Assembly (NCBI GenBank): GCA_030595835.1
Contig: JAUVLG010000005.1
Span: forward strand, 1-57,336
Direction of reading: 5' to 3'
DNA from: Candidatus Eiseniibacteriota bacterium
GTDB lineage: Bacteria > Joyebacterota > Joyebacteria > Joyebacterales > Joyebacteraceae
DNA: 57,336 bases
Shown here: positions 36,213 through 44,658 of the stretch, in pieces
How the letters are laid out: the number at the start of each line of letters is the position of its first letter
How positions within the stretch are numbered: the first letter of the stretch is position 1
The notes under the pieces: generated by a model
What the model saw: the letters and a program-made list of their open reading frames with translations, nothing else
Databases searched by the model: none
Told to the model about the DNA's origin: nothing
Position numbers and translations under genes: made by a program

Positions 36213-36575
36213 ATGCTGACAAAGGACATCGCGAATCTGACACCTCTCCCCGTGGCCGACTACTCCATGTTGCGGGAGATCCTGCACCCGGAGAGGGACC
36301 CCGTGGACATCCGCTACAGCCTGGCCCACGCGGTCATCCACCCGCGAGGAGCCTCGCTCAGACACCGCCTGACCTCTGTTGAGGTCTACCACTTCCTCGC
36401 AGGAACAGGTGTCATGCACGTGGCTGACGAGGCCACCACCGTGGGTCCGGGCCACACGGTGGTCGTCCCGGCAGGCGCCGAGCAGTGGCTCGAGAACACG
36501 GAAGACCACGGCCTTGAATTCCTTTGCATAGTCGATCCCGCTTGGCGAGAAGAAGATGAAGAGATTCTACCCTAG
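36213..36575 (+). CDS. Cupin-domain protein
   Basis: GGAGG RBS; LREILHP, YSLAHA, HRL..VEVYHFLAGTG.M, VVVPAG..Q..EN, LEFLCIVDPAW. Confidence 0.85.
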   Translation: MLTKDIANLTPLPVADYSMLREILHPERDPVDIRYSLAHAVIHPRGASLRHRLTSVEVYHFLAGTGVMHVADEATTVGPGHTVVVPAGAEQWLENTEDHGLEFLCIVDPAWREEDEEILP

Positions 36576-36643
36576 GTCCGGGGATGTCTGCGTGCCCACA
36601 ATACGGTCTCTTTTCGGCACTTAGGGCCACCGCCGTCTCGGAA

Positions 36644-36658
36644 TGGCCCGGATATTGC
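36644..36658 (+). promoter_or_regulatory. Putative sigma-54 promoter upstream of small beta-barrel gene
   Basis: TGGCCCGGATATTGC, GG-N10-GC with TTGC; intergenic and oriented toward 36945. Confidence 0.45.
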
Positions 36659-36944
36659 GCCGCCACCCATCCATTTTGTACTTGGCAGGAATCGGCGCTG
36701 TGCTAGAGTGTGCCCCGTTTGCAGTTAGTGGGTTTCAGCTGGTCACGCGGGTTCTGAAATGACAACCGCCCAGTGGAGGCGTCGGCACGAGCAGCGGCAT
36801 CTAGCGCTGGCACCACGCGACGCTCGGCGGGGCATACAAAGGAAGGAGGATCTGAGTTCCTGACCTGTGTGTCTGTAGTTGCGGGAGGCACGGGACAGGA
36901 GTAGGGGTCTTCATTCAACAGGGATTCTCCAAGGAGGATGTGTC

Positions 36945-37559
36945 ATGAAGCTGTTCATATTCATAGCTTTTGCCTTGATGCTGGTAGGTATGACCGCTCA
37001 GGCAGCTGAGGTTCCGACGTCACAGGGCGACAAGGCCATGATCTTCATGTTCAACGGCCTGGACAACTTGTCCCTCGGCACGTACGGCGAGTACGGTGTC
37101 GGCATGCGCTACTACTTCGCGGACAGCAAGGCGATCCGTGCCGGCCTCACGCTTGGAAGCGAGGCGGACATCGAGAAGGACGACGACTGGGACGAGGATA
37201 GAGAGGACACCTCCTTGCTCATCGGATTGGACGCCGCGTACGAGATGCACATGGAAGGGCCGTGCTCTTCGGTCTCCCCTTATTGGGGCGTCGGTGGCAG
37301 CTTCTGGGCCGAGACAGGCGAGTATAAGGACGAGGACGGCGACACTTGGACAGACACGGGCGTAGGCTTCAGCGGCTACGGCATGCTGGGCTTTGAGTGG
37401 GCCTTCACCAACTGCATGACGCTCGGTGGTGAGTATCAGGCCGGTCTCTGGGCGGCCGCGAGCGAGTCGGAGAACCCCGACGGGGACACCTACGGCGAGT
37501 GCGGGGAGGGTGGCATGGGCTTCTCGGCCGCGTCGGTTTACCTCTCGGTCTACTTCTAG
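36945..37559 (+). CDS. Small (about 8-stranded) outer-membrane beta-barrel protein
   Basis: AAGGAGG RBS; signal peptide (AQA-A); G.G.RYY, SPYWGVGG, GFEW, LGGEY; C-terminal YLSVYF. Confidence 0.82.
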   Translation: MKLFIFIAFALMLVGMTAQAAEVPTSQGDKAMIFMFNGLDNLSLGTYGEYGVGMRYYFADSKAIRAGLTLGSEADIEKDDDWDEDREDTSLLIGLDAAYEMHMEGPCSSVSPYWGVGGSFWAETGEYKDEDGDTWTDTGVGFSGYGMLGFEWAFTNCMTLGGEYQAGLWAAASESENPDGDTYGECGEGGMGFSAASVYLSVYF

Positions 37560-37625
37560 GATCCGCGCTGCAGGGCCTTCCGACCGCCGTGAGGCACTGG
37601 GTGGTTTGAGGCTTGTAGAGATGTT

Positions 37626-37662
37626 GAGAACGGGGCGCCGCACTTGGCGCCCCGTTCTCTTT
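37626..37662 (+). terminator. Rho-independent terminator
   Basis: GAGAACGGGGCGCC-GCACTT-GGCGCCCCGTTCTC-TTT, perfect 14-bp stem. Confidence 0.8.
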
Positions 37663-37731
37663 GGAGCAACCCGCCACCGAAGGACCCGGACGACGGTCCG
37701 TCGCGCGTCGAGCAGCTTCCAAACATGATGA

Positions 37732-38001
37732 TCAGCGATAATCAGTCTTCTGAGACACCACGGCTACATCGACACCGTCGCGTATCCGCGGCACGAGAAG
37801 CGTGTATTCGAGACGGCCATGAGGTTCGTCCGGTTGGAGGGCTTCCTCCCCGCGCCGGAATCGGCCTACAGTATCTGCTGCGCCATTGAAGAGGCCTTGA
37901 AGTGTAAGGAGACCGGTGAGGATAAGGTGATCGCATTCAACGTCAGCGGCCATGGCTTCATGGATATGGAAGGCTACGAGGAGGTGCTCGGGATCGAGTA
38001 G
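37732..38001 (+). pseudogene. trpB2: 3' remnant (~89 codons) of a TrpB2-like PLP enzyme (tryptophan synthase beta chain 2)
   Basis: Frame reads IISLLRHHGYIDTVAYP..VFETA.RF.R.EGFLPAPESAYSI..AIEEALKCKETGEDKVIAFNVSGHG..D...Y, the TrpB2 C-terminus. In-frame TGA at 37729; no PLP-lysine region upstream. Confidence 0.8.
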
Positions 38002-38030
38002 CGGTCGGCAGCTCGAAGCCTGAATGCAGA

Positions 38031-38057
38031 AGCGGGGCGTCATCGCGACGCCCCGCT
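38031..38057. terminator. Hairpin between convergent trpB2 remnant and V-ATPase operon (possibly bidirectional terminator)
   Basis: AGCGGGGCGTC-ATCGC-GACGCCCCGCT, 11-bp stem. Confidence 0.6.
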
Positions 38058-38062
38058 CTCTC

Positions 38063-38096
38063 GTGTGGTCTGTTTTCCTGTGTGGTCTGTTTTCCT
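38063..38096. repeat. Perfect 17-bp tandem direct repeat
   Basis: GTGTGGTCTGTTTTCCT twice (38063-38079, 38080-38096). Confidence 0.9.
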
Positions 38097-38126
38097 GTCA
38101 GCTCGATGCCGTCAGGCACAGGCTAC

Positions 38127-38750
38127 TTAGTGCTCCCGCACGATGTCCTTGATCTTCATCAGTCTCGTCGCCGTGGCGCGCTCCATCTCGGACAGGCGGT
38201 CCGCGATGAACCTGATGGTCTCCTCGAGGTTCGGCACGAGGATATGTTCCAGCGCGTTGACGCGCCGCCGCGTCTTCTCGAGCTCGGCGGCCAGTAGCTG
38301 TATCGACTTCTCAACCTCGGCAAGCGACATGAGCTTGGGGAGCAGCGCAGCGTACATCTCAAGGGCGCGGTCGAGGTCCATGGTGGTTTCACCGTAGCCG
38401 TAACCGAACTCTGCGTCCGAAGGGATATCGATCTGGAACTTTGGGACCTTCAGGTTCATCACCTGCTCACGCGCGGCCTTGAGCTCGACCGTCCTCCGCG
38501 AGAAGGCCAGCGCGGACGCCATCGCGCTGCCGTCCATTTCGAACCGGGCGGAGATGAACGCGCGGTAACCGCCGGCGAGTTCGGTTTCTACGTCCGCACG
38601 CAGGTCGCGGGCGCTGTGCACCATCCCCAGAAAGCGGCGCATCAGCTCCTCCTGCTTGTCCTTGAGGAGCTTGTGCCCGCGCTTCGCGAGAGTCAGGCGG
38701 CGCCTGAGCCTCAAGAGCTGCATTCTGTTGGGATTCGCTCGAAGCCTCAT
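38127..38750 (-). CDS. ntpD: V/A-type ATPase subunit D
   Basis: [21 protein letters not shown]; [21 protein letters not shown]...L.E.ER....RLMKIK. Confidence 0.95.
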   Translation of the reverse strand: MRLRANPNRMQLLRLRRRLTLAKRGHKLLKDKQEELMRRFLGMVHSARDLRADVETELAGGYRAFISARFEMDGSAMASALAFSRRTVELKAAREQVMNLKVPKFQIDIPSDAEFGYGYGETTMDLDRALEMYAALLPKLMSLAEVEKSIQLLAAELEKTRRRVNALEHILVPNLEETIRFIADRLSEMERATATRLMKIKDIVREH

Positions 38751-40171
38751 GTCCCCTCGGTTGCTTCCTTCGGCACGAGCGCCTCTTTCGCCTTGGCGCC
38801 CGTGCGCTTGAGGTACTTCTCGATCTGCTCAGGCTTCACACGCTTGAGCTCGGACAAGGGCAGGATCTCGAGCAGCTCCCACGCGAGCGTCAGCGTCTCC
38901 TCGATCGTGCGGTTCTCGTCGCCTCCCTGCTTGACGTATCTCTCCTCAAAGACCTCGGCGAACTTGAAGAACGCCTTGTCCTCCGGAGAAAGCGCCGCTT
39001 CGCCCAGAATGATCGCGAGTTCCTGCGCCTCCTTGCCGCGTGCGTACGCAGCGAAGAGCTGGTTCGCCAGGTTCGCGTGGTCCTCCCGCGTCTTCCCCTC
39101 GCCGATGCCCTTATCTCTCAGGCGCGACAGCGATGGGAGCACATTGATCGGCGGGTAGATGCCCTTGCGGTGCAGTGCGCGGTCGAGGATGATCTGCCCC
39201 TCCGTGATATAGCCAGTCAGGTCGGGAATGGGATGGGTCTTGTCGTCCTCGGGCATGGACACCACGGGGATCTGTGTGATGGAACCACCCTTCCCTTTGA
39301 TGCGCCCGGCGCGCTCGTAAAGGGTCGAGAGGTCGGTGTAGAGATATCCGGGGTATCCTCGCCGCCCGGGGACCTCCTTGCGAGCAGCCGAGATCTCGCG
39401 GAGCGCCTCACAGTAGTTCGTGAGGTCCGTGAGGATCACCAGTACGTGCATCTCAAGATCGTACGCCAGGTACTCGGCCGCAGTCAGCGCCATGCGCGGC
39501 GTCGCGATGCGCTCGATCGCGGGGTCGCTCGCCAGGTTCACGTAGAGGACGGCGCGGTCGATGGCGCCCGTCCTGCGGAAGTCCGCGATGAAATACTCGG
39601 CCTCCTCAAACGTGATGCCCATTGCCGCAAACACGACAGCGAAGCTGCCCTCGGTCCCAAGCACTGTCGCCTGCCGCGCGATCTGAGCTGCGAGTTCCGC
39701 ATGTGGAAGACCGAAGCCGCTGAAGATGGGGAGCTTCTGCCCTCGCACCAGTGTGTTCAGTCCGTCGATGGACGAGATGCCGGTCTGTATGAATTCGTTG
39801 GGGTAGTCGCGAGCTGTCGGGTTCAAGGGTGCGCCCGCAACGTCGCGCTTGATCTCCGGGATGATCGCGGGCCCACCGTCCTTTGGACGCCCGAGCCCGT
39901 CGAACACACGTCCCAGAATGTCGGGTGAGAGCCCGAGTTCCAACCCGCGCCCCAGGAAGCGCACTTTGGCGCTGTCCACGGAGACGCCCGTGGCGCCTTC
40001 GAACAGCTGCACCAGTGCGGTGTCCTCATCAACCTCAAGCACCCTGCCCCGCCTCACCTCACCGCCCGGGAGCTCGACCTCGACCAGCTCCTCATACTTG
40101 ACCCCGGAGACCTCCCCGACCAGCAAGAGCGGTCCCGCGATCTCCAGGACGGTCCTGTATTCCTTCGCCAT
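38747..40171 (-). CDS. ntpB: V/A-type ATPase subunit B
   Basis: [64 protein letters not shown]. Confidence 0.96.
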   Translation of the reverse strand: MAKEYRTVLEIAGPLLLVGEVSGVKYEELVEVELPGGEVRRGRVLEVDEDTALVQLFEGATGVSVDSAKVRFLGRGLELGLSPDILGRVFDGLGRPKDGGPAIIPEIKRDVAGAPLNPTARDYPNEFIQTGISSIDGLNTLVRGQKLPIFSGFGLPHAELAAQIARQATVLGTEGSFAVVFAAMGITFEEAEYFIADFRRTGAIDRAVLYVNLASDPAIERIATPRMALTAAEYLAYDLEMHVLVILTDLTNYCEALREISAARKEVPGRRGYPGYLYTDLSTLYERAGRIKGKGGSITQIPVVSMPEDDKTHPIPDLTGYITEGQIILDRALHRKGIYPPINVLPSLSRLRDKGIGEGKTREDHANLANQLFAAYARGKEAQELAIILGEAALSPEDKAFFKFAEVFEERYVKQGGDENRTIEETLTLAWELLEILPLSELKRVKPEQIEKYLKRTGAKAKEALVPKEATEGT

Positions 40172-40206
40172 CAGCAGTTCTCCTCGGAATGAGTTCGTAG
40201 ACCGTG

Positions 40207-42000
40207 CTACTCCGACAGCTCGTTCACGCCGGCATGTTCATTGATAAGCTCGCGTATCTGGGTCTCGATGCGCCCGGCGATGGCATCCAGTTCGTCCATC
40301 TCGGCCTCCGGGATGTACCGCGCCCGCGAGATTTCTTCCTGTACCGGCAGACCGAAGATGGCCTCGGGCGACACGCTCTGTTCCACCGCGTCCTGGGCGT
40401 GGCGGTTCATCGCGATGATGTTTCTGAGCATCCTGTACTGCTTGGGGAACGACGTGTAGGTATCGACGTCGTCGAACGCGTTCTGGTGCAGGAAGTCCTC
40501 CCGAATCGCCTTGGCCGTGCCAAGGACGAGTCTGTCCCGGTTGGACAGCGCGTCGACGCCGACCAGGCGCGCGATCTCCTTGAGTTCGGCTTCCTGCTGG
40601 AGGATCTTCATTGCTTCCTGGCGCATGCCCGCCCACTCCTCCGAGACCTCGGTGCGGAAGTACGCCTCGAGGCCGTCGTGGTACAGCGAGTAGCTGGTCA
40701 GCCAGTTGATCGCGGGGAAGTGCCGTTCGTACGCGAGCCAGTCCTCCAGCGACCAGAAGACCTTCACGACCTTGAGCGTCGCCTGAACGACGGGGTCGGA
40801 GAGGTCCCCCCCCGGAGGCGAGACCGCGCCCACTACCGACAGCGCGCCCGTGCGCTCGTCTGTGCCCAGCGTCGTGACCCTGCCCCCGCGCTCGTAGAAC
40901 TGCGCCGCGCGCGCAGGGAGATAGGCCGGGTAACCTTCCTCGCCAGGCATCTCTTCAAGCCGGCCGGACATCTCGCGGAGCGCTTCTGCCCAGCGTGACG
41001 TCGAGTCGGCCATCACTGCGACCGAATAGCCCATGTCGCGGAAGTACTCCCCAAGGGTGATCCCCGTATAGATAGAGGCCTCGCGCGCCGCCACGGGCAT
41101 GTTGGACGTGTTTGCCACGAGAACGGTCCGCTTCATCAGGGGCTCACCGGACCGCGGGTCCTTGAGTTCCGGGAACTCCATCAGCACGTCGGTCATCTCA
41201 TTGCCGCGCTCACCGCAGCCGATGAAGATAACGATCTCGGCGTCGGCCCACTTCGCGAGCTGATGCTGAACGACGGTCTTGCCCGCACCGAACGGGCCGG
41301 GCACGCACCCCGTCCCACCTTTGGCGATCGGGAAGAAGGTGTCGATAACGCGCTGCCCCGTGACGAGCGGCTCCACCGGGCTCAGGCGCTCCTTGTACGG
41401 CCGCGCCTGACGGACCGGCCAGCGCTGCATCAGACCGAGGTCGTGCTTGCCGCCCTGGCCCTCGAGCTCGCCGATCATGTCGGTCACCTTGTAGCTGCCG
41501 CTTTCGAGCTTCGTGATCTTCCCGGAGATGCGGGGCGGCACCATGATCTTGTGGAGAACCAGCGCCGACTCCTGCACGGTACCAAGGATGTCACCGCCCA
41601 CCACCTCATCACCCACCAAGGCCTTTGCCGTGAACTCCCATACCTTCTCTCTGTCCAGCCCCGGGACGGAGACGCCGCGCGTGATGTGCGCACCGACCAT
41701 CTCCCTGATCTTGTCGAGCGGCCGCTGGATGCCGTCGTAGATGGACTCGATGAGCCCCGGCCCCAGCTCGACCGACAGGGGCTCTCCGGTCGAAACGACC
41801 GGCTCGCCCGGACCGAGACCTCTCGTGTCCTCGTAGACCTGGATCGACGCCAGGTCGCCCTTGACCTCGATGATCTCGCCGATCAGGTTCTTGTCGCTCA
41901 CGAGGACGACGTCGAACATCCTCGCCGCGCGCATCCCGTCAGCGACAACGAGAGGTCCGGACACCTTCCTGATGGTTCCCTGAACCCTTGTGTCTGCCAT
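40207..42000 (-). CDS. ntpA: V/A-type ATPase catalytic subunit A
   Basis: KVSGPLV, P-loop [51 protein letters not shown]; no intein seen. Confidence 0.96.
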   Translation of the reverse strand: MADTRVQGTIRKVSGPLVVADGMRAARMFDVVLVSDKNLIGEIIEVKGDLASIQVYEDTRGLGPGEPVVSTGEPLSVELGPGLIESIYDGIQRPLDKIREMVGAHITRGVSVPGLDREKVWEFTAKALVGDEVVGGDILGTVQESALVLHKIMVPPRISGKITKLESGSYKVTDMIGELEGQGGKHDLGLMQRWPVRQARPYKERLSPVEPLVTGQRVIDTFFPIAKGGTGCVPGPFGAGKTVVQHQLAKWADAEIVIFIGCGERGNEMTDVLMEFPELKDPRSGEPLMKRTVLVANTSNMPVAAREASIYTGITLGEYFRDMGYSVAVMADSTSRWAEALREMSGRLEEMPGEEGYPAYLPARAAQFYERGGRVTTLGTDERTGALSVVGAVSPPGGDLSDPVVQATLKVVKVFWSLEDWLAYERHFPAINWLTSYSLYHDGLEAYFRTEVSEEWAGMRQEAMKILQQEAELKEIARLVGVDALSNRDRLVLGTAKAIREDFLHQNAFDDVDTYTSFPKQYRMLRNIIAMNRHAQDAVEQSVSPEAIFGLPVQEEISRARYIPEAEMDELDAIAGRIETQIRELINEHAGVNELSE

Positions 42001-42066
42001 GCTCGATTCTCCTGTTCGGAACACCGCCCGCCACCGGAAGCTGCCGCTCCGGCACGACCGGCCGGA

Positions 42067-42396
42067 CTAGCTCCTTTTCCCGGCCTCTCCCAGGATGTCC
42101 GCGCCGATCGCGGCCGAGACCGCCTCGTGTATCTCTGTGGCCGCCAGTCCCCGCGAGCCCATCACGCTCGGCAGGACGGTGACCGTCGGTAGGGCAAGAT
42201 CTCTGTACTTCGCCACCTGCTCAGCGCACGCCTCGTAGACGTCCTCTGTGACGAAGATGACTGCGTGCGCGCCTTCCACCGCCGTCTCGAACGCGGCGCG
42301 CGCCTCTTGCGCACCGGCGACCGGGAACGCGGCGATCCCGAAGGCCTGGAAGCCCCAGACCGAATCCCTGTCGCCTATGAATGCGATCCTAGACAT
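42067..42396 (-). CDS. V/A-type ATPase subunit F
   Basis: IAFIGDRDSVWGFQAFG, AVIFVTE, P.V..LP, AIGADIL. Confidence 0.9.
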   Translation of the reverse strand: MSRIAFIGDRDSVWGFQAFGIAAFPVAGAQEARAAFETAVEGAHAVIFVTEDVYEACAEQVAKYRDLALPTVTVLPSVMGSRGLAATEIHEAVSAAIGADILGEAGKRS

Positions 42397-43411
42397 GCAC
42401 GGCCCTCAGCCTTCCCTCCAGCTCGTCGCGTGAAATGCCGTCCAGTTTGGCCGCCATCGCGGCGCGGACCAGCTTGATCTCCAGTTGCCTTACCAAGATG
42501 AACGCCACCAGGGGCTCGACCCCATATGCGATGGTCCTAGCCCGCTCGACGTAGTTCAGCAAGATATTGTCACATGCAAGCTCGAGCATGTGCGCCTCCT
42601 CGGCCTTCCATTCGCGGAAGATCGGCGCCAGTGCGCCAAAGCTGCCGTACTCGAGACTGCGCGCGAACGCATCCACGGGCTCGCCCAAGTGCGCTTCCAG
42701 AAGTGAGAGGTCGACCGTGCCGCCGGGGACGAACGCTCTCGAGAGGTCGGTCCTGTCCAGGCCTGCTTCCTTCACTCTTATGAAAGTCCGTATGTTGAGC
42801 GTGTCGATCTCGACGCGGAAATACCCCACGAGGAATTCGCTGCCGTTCTCGGCAGCGACGGCGAGGTGATGCGCCCACATCGCCAGGTCGAACTCCTGGT
42901 CGACGCGCGCCATCTCGCCGCTGTCGCGGAAGGCCTCCGTTGCCGCCCGCCCCGCATCTGCAAGAATGGCCGGGAGCGCCACATAGTCCCCATCCTGCAC
43001 CGCTTTCTGGAGCACCGCGACGTCGATCGTGCCCACGCCATCCGTGAGTCCGAGCTCCCGATCCGAGGGGCCCACGCCATCTTTGCCCAGCTTGAGGAGT
43101 GACGCCTTGATGAGCGTCTTCAGATTTCGGAAGTCCCAGCGCACACGGAAGAGGTCGATGAGCGCAGGCTCAGGCGACAGCGCCGAGACCGTCGACAGGG
43201 TCTCGGCGAGGGCGCGAACCAGGCCCTCTTCAAGATCCTCCGGGCGCTCGATGTCGGCGATCGCTTCCTGGAACGCCGAGTCGGCCAGTACGTTGAGAGC
43301 GCCCGCAGCGTCCTCGGCGAGCAGCCGCTCGACCCATTGCCGGCCGAGGAGCCTCGTCTCCAGGCCCCTTATCCGCGCCACGGCGTATGCGTATCTGGTG
43401 TCGTCAGCCAA
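42389..43411 (-). CDS. ntpC: V/A-type ATPase subunit C (AC39/d family)
   Basis: YAYAVARIRGLETRLL, DFRNLKTLIK, ID..N.RT..R, GVEPLVAF....E.K.VR. Confidence 0.9.
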   Translation of the reverse strand: MADDTRYAYAVARIRGLETRLLGRQWVERLLAEDAAGALNVLADSAFQEAIADIERPEDLEEGLVRALAETLSTVSALSPEPALIDLFRVRWDFRNLKTLIKASLLKLGKDGVGPSDRELGLTDGVGTIDVAVLQKAVQDGDYVALPAILADAGRAATEAFRDSGEMARVDQEFDLAMWAHHLAVAAENGSEFLVGYFRVEIDTLNIRTFIRVKEAGLDRTDLSRAFVPGGTVDLSLLEAHLGEPVDAFARSLEYGSFGALAPIFREWKAEEAHMLELACDNILLNYVERARTIAYGVEPLVAFILVRQLEIKLVRAAMAAKLDGISRDELEGRLRAVHV

Positions 43412-43417
43412 CCGTTG

Positions 43418-44014
43418 CTACTCCCCGCTACTGCCGAACAGTATCGCCGCCACTTCCGTCTCGAGCGTCTCCCGGGCGTCACGAAGAATCGTGGACAGGG
43501 CGCAGTTGGTTTCCACCCTGCCGCTTCTCAGGATGAAACCGGCCGCGATCGGCCTGCGCTCGCTCGCAAGCTTGAGGCCACCGCCTTTGCCCAGCTCTTT
43601 CGACACCGAGTCAAGGAAGGCCTGGTCGAGCCTGCTCTCGGTCTCACCGATGAGGACTTCCTCGTCGCCCGACTCCACGGTGCTCAGAAGCAAGCCCATG
43701 ATGAATTTCCGATATTCGCTCGGTTCCATCGCGACAATCCTGTCACCCGCCTCGTCGAAGACGCGGTCAACGAGCGCCTGCTTCTCATCAAGAAGCTCCC
43801 GCCTTGCCGCGAGGCGAGCGAGTGTCGTAATGCGGTTCCGTTCCTCCTGCGCACGCTGTTCGGCCCGCGCCCTCAGTTTCTTCTTCTGCGCATCGGTCCT
43901 AGCGCGCCCTACATCGGCCACGGCGTCGGCCGCAGTCTGCCCCTCGGCGACGATCTTCCGGGCCGCTTCCTCCGCGTCCACCTTGATTCTCTTCAGAATG
44001 TCGTCGACAGCCAT
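43418..44014 (-). CDS. ntpE: V/A-type ATPase subunit E
   Basis: Coiled-coil N-terminus (I.KRI..DAEE.A..I), GFIL..G....NC, EVAAILF; operon position. Confidence 0.9.
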   Translation of the reverse strand: MAVDDILKRIKVDAEEAARKIVAEGQTAADAVADVGRARTDAQKKKLRARAEQRAQEERNRITTLARLAARRELLDEKQALVDRVFDEAGDRIVAMEPSEYRKFIMGLLLSTVESGDEEVLIGETESRLDQAFLDSVSKELGKGGGLKLASERRPIAAGFILRSGRVETNCALSTILRDARETLETEVAAILFGSSGE

Positions 44015-44086
44015 CGATCACCCACCTGTCCGTTCTCCCCCCGACGCACCGCGCGCGGGAGGCCCAAGACCCACTGAATGTCGCTT

Positions 44087-44551
44087 CTACATGCCTATCT
44101 TCTGCAGGAGCAGGATCGTCCCGAGGAGGCCGAGCACGGCATAGGTCTCCACGACGATCGCGAAGATCATACCCTTGCCCATCTCGTCGGGCCGCTTGGC
44201 GACCAGTCCGCACGCGGCGCCTGCGACCTTGCCCTGCGCAATCCCGGACGTGAGACCGGTGATGGCCAGTGGCGCGCACGCGAAGAGCACCTGCCAGCCC
44301 TGTCCGGCCGTCATCGCCGTGAGGCCCAGCTCGGTCATCTTGTTGAGCGCGAGAAAGAGGCCAACGATGCCATAGATGCCCTGGGTGCCGGGAAGCGCCT
44401 GGAGAAGAAGCAACCGCCCGAACTTCTCTGGGTCTTCCGCAACGACTCCTGAGCCCGCCTGGCCGGCGATCCCAGTACCTAAGGCCGAGCCGGTGCCCGC
44501 GAGACCGGCGGCCAGTGCCGCGCCCGCCAATCCCAGCATCAGTCCGTCCAT
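44087..44551 (-). CDS. ntpK: V/A-type ATPase proteolipid subunit K (two-hairpin, Na+-binding signature)
   Basis: Start MDGLML after AAGGAG; LPGTQGIYG, SGIAQG, VETYAVLG match the Na+ ligands of Enterococcus hirae NtpK. Confidence 0.93.
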   Translation of the reverse strand: MDGLMLGLAGAALAAGLAGTGSALGTGIAGQAGSGVVAEDPEKFGRLLLLQALPGTQGIYGIVGLFLALNKMTELGLTAMTAGQGWQVLFACAPLAITGLTSGIAQGKVAGAACGLVAKRPDEMGKGMIFAIVVETYAVLGLLGTILLLQKIGM

Positions 44552-44658
44552 ACCAGAACTCCTTCCTTGTGATTCCCGTCTTCCGTTCTTCCGTCTTCCT
44601 GTCAGTAACACTGCTCGTCCGAGCCTCACGCTCTGTGTCACGATGGGCCCGGTCGCTG

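Noticed and set aside
36850-36895. Minus-strand CCCGCAACTAC..GGTCAGGA resembling part of a cobalamin riboswitch
   Set aside because: It lacks the GGGAA/GGTG-AA-TCC core and is on the wrong strand for the adjacent gene.
37819-38001. 60-aa ORF as an independent small gene
   Set aside because: TrpB2 similarity extends upstream of the ATG, and there is no clear RBS; treated as a remnant.
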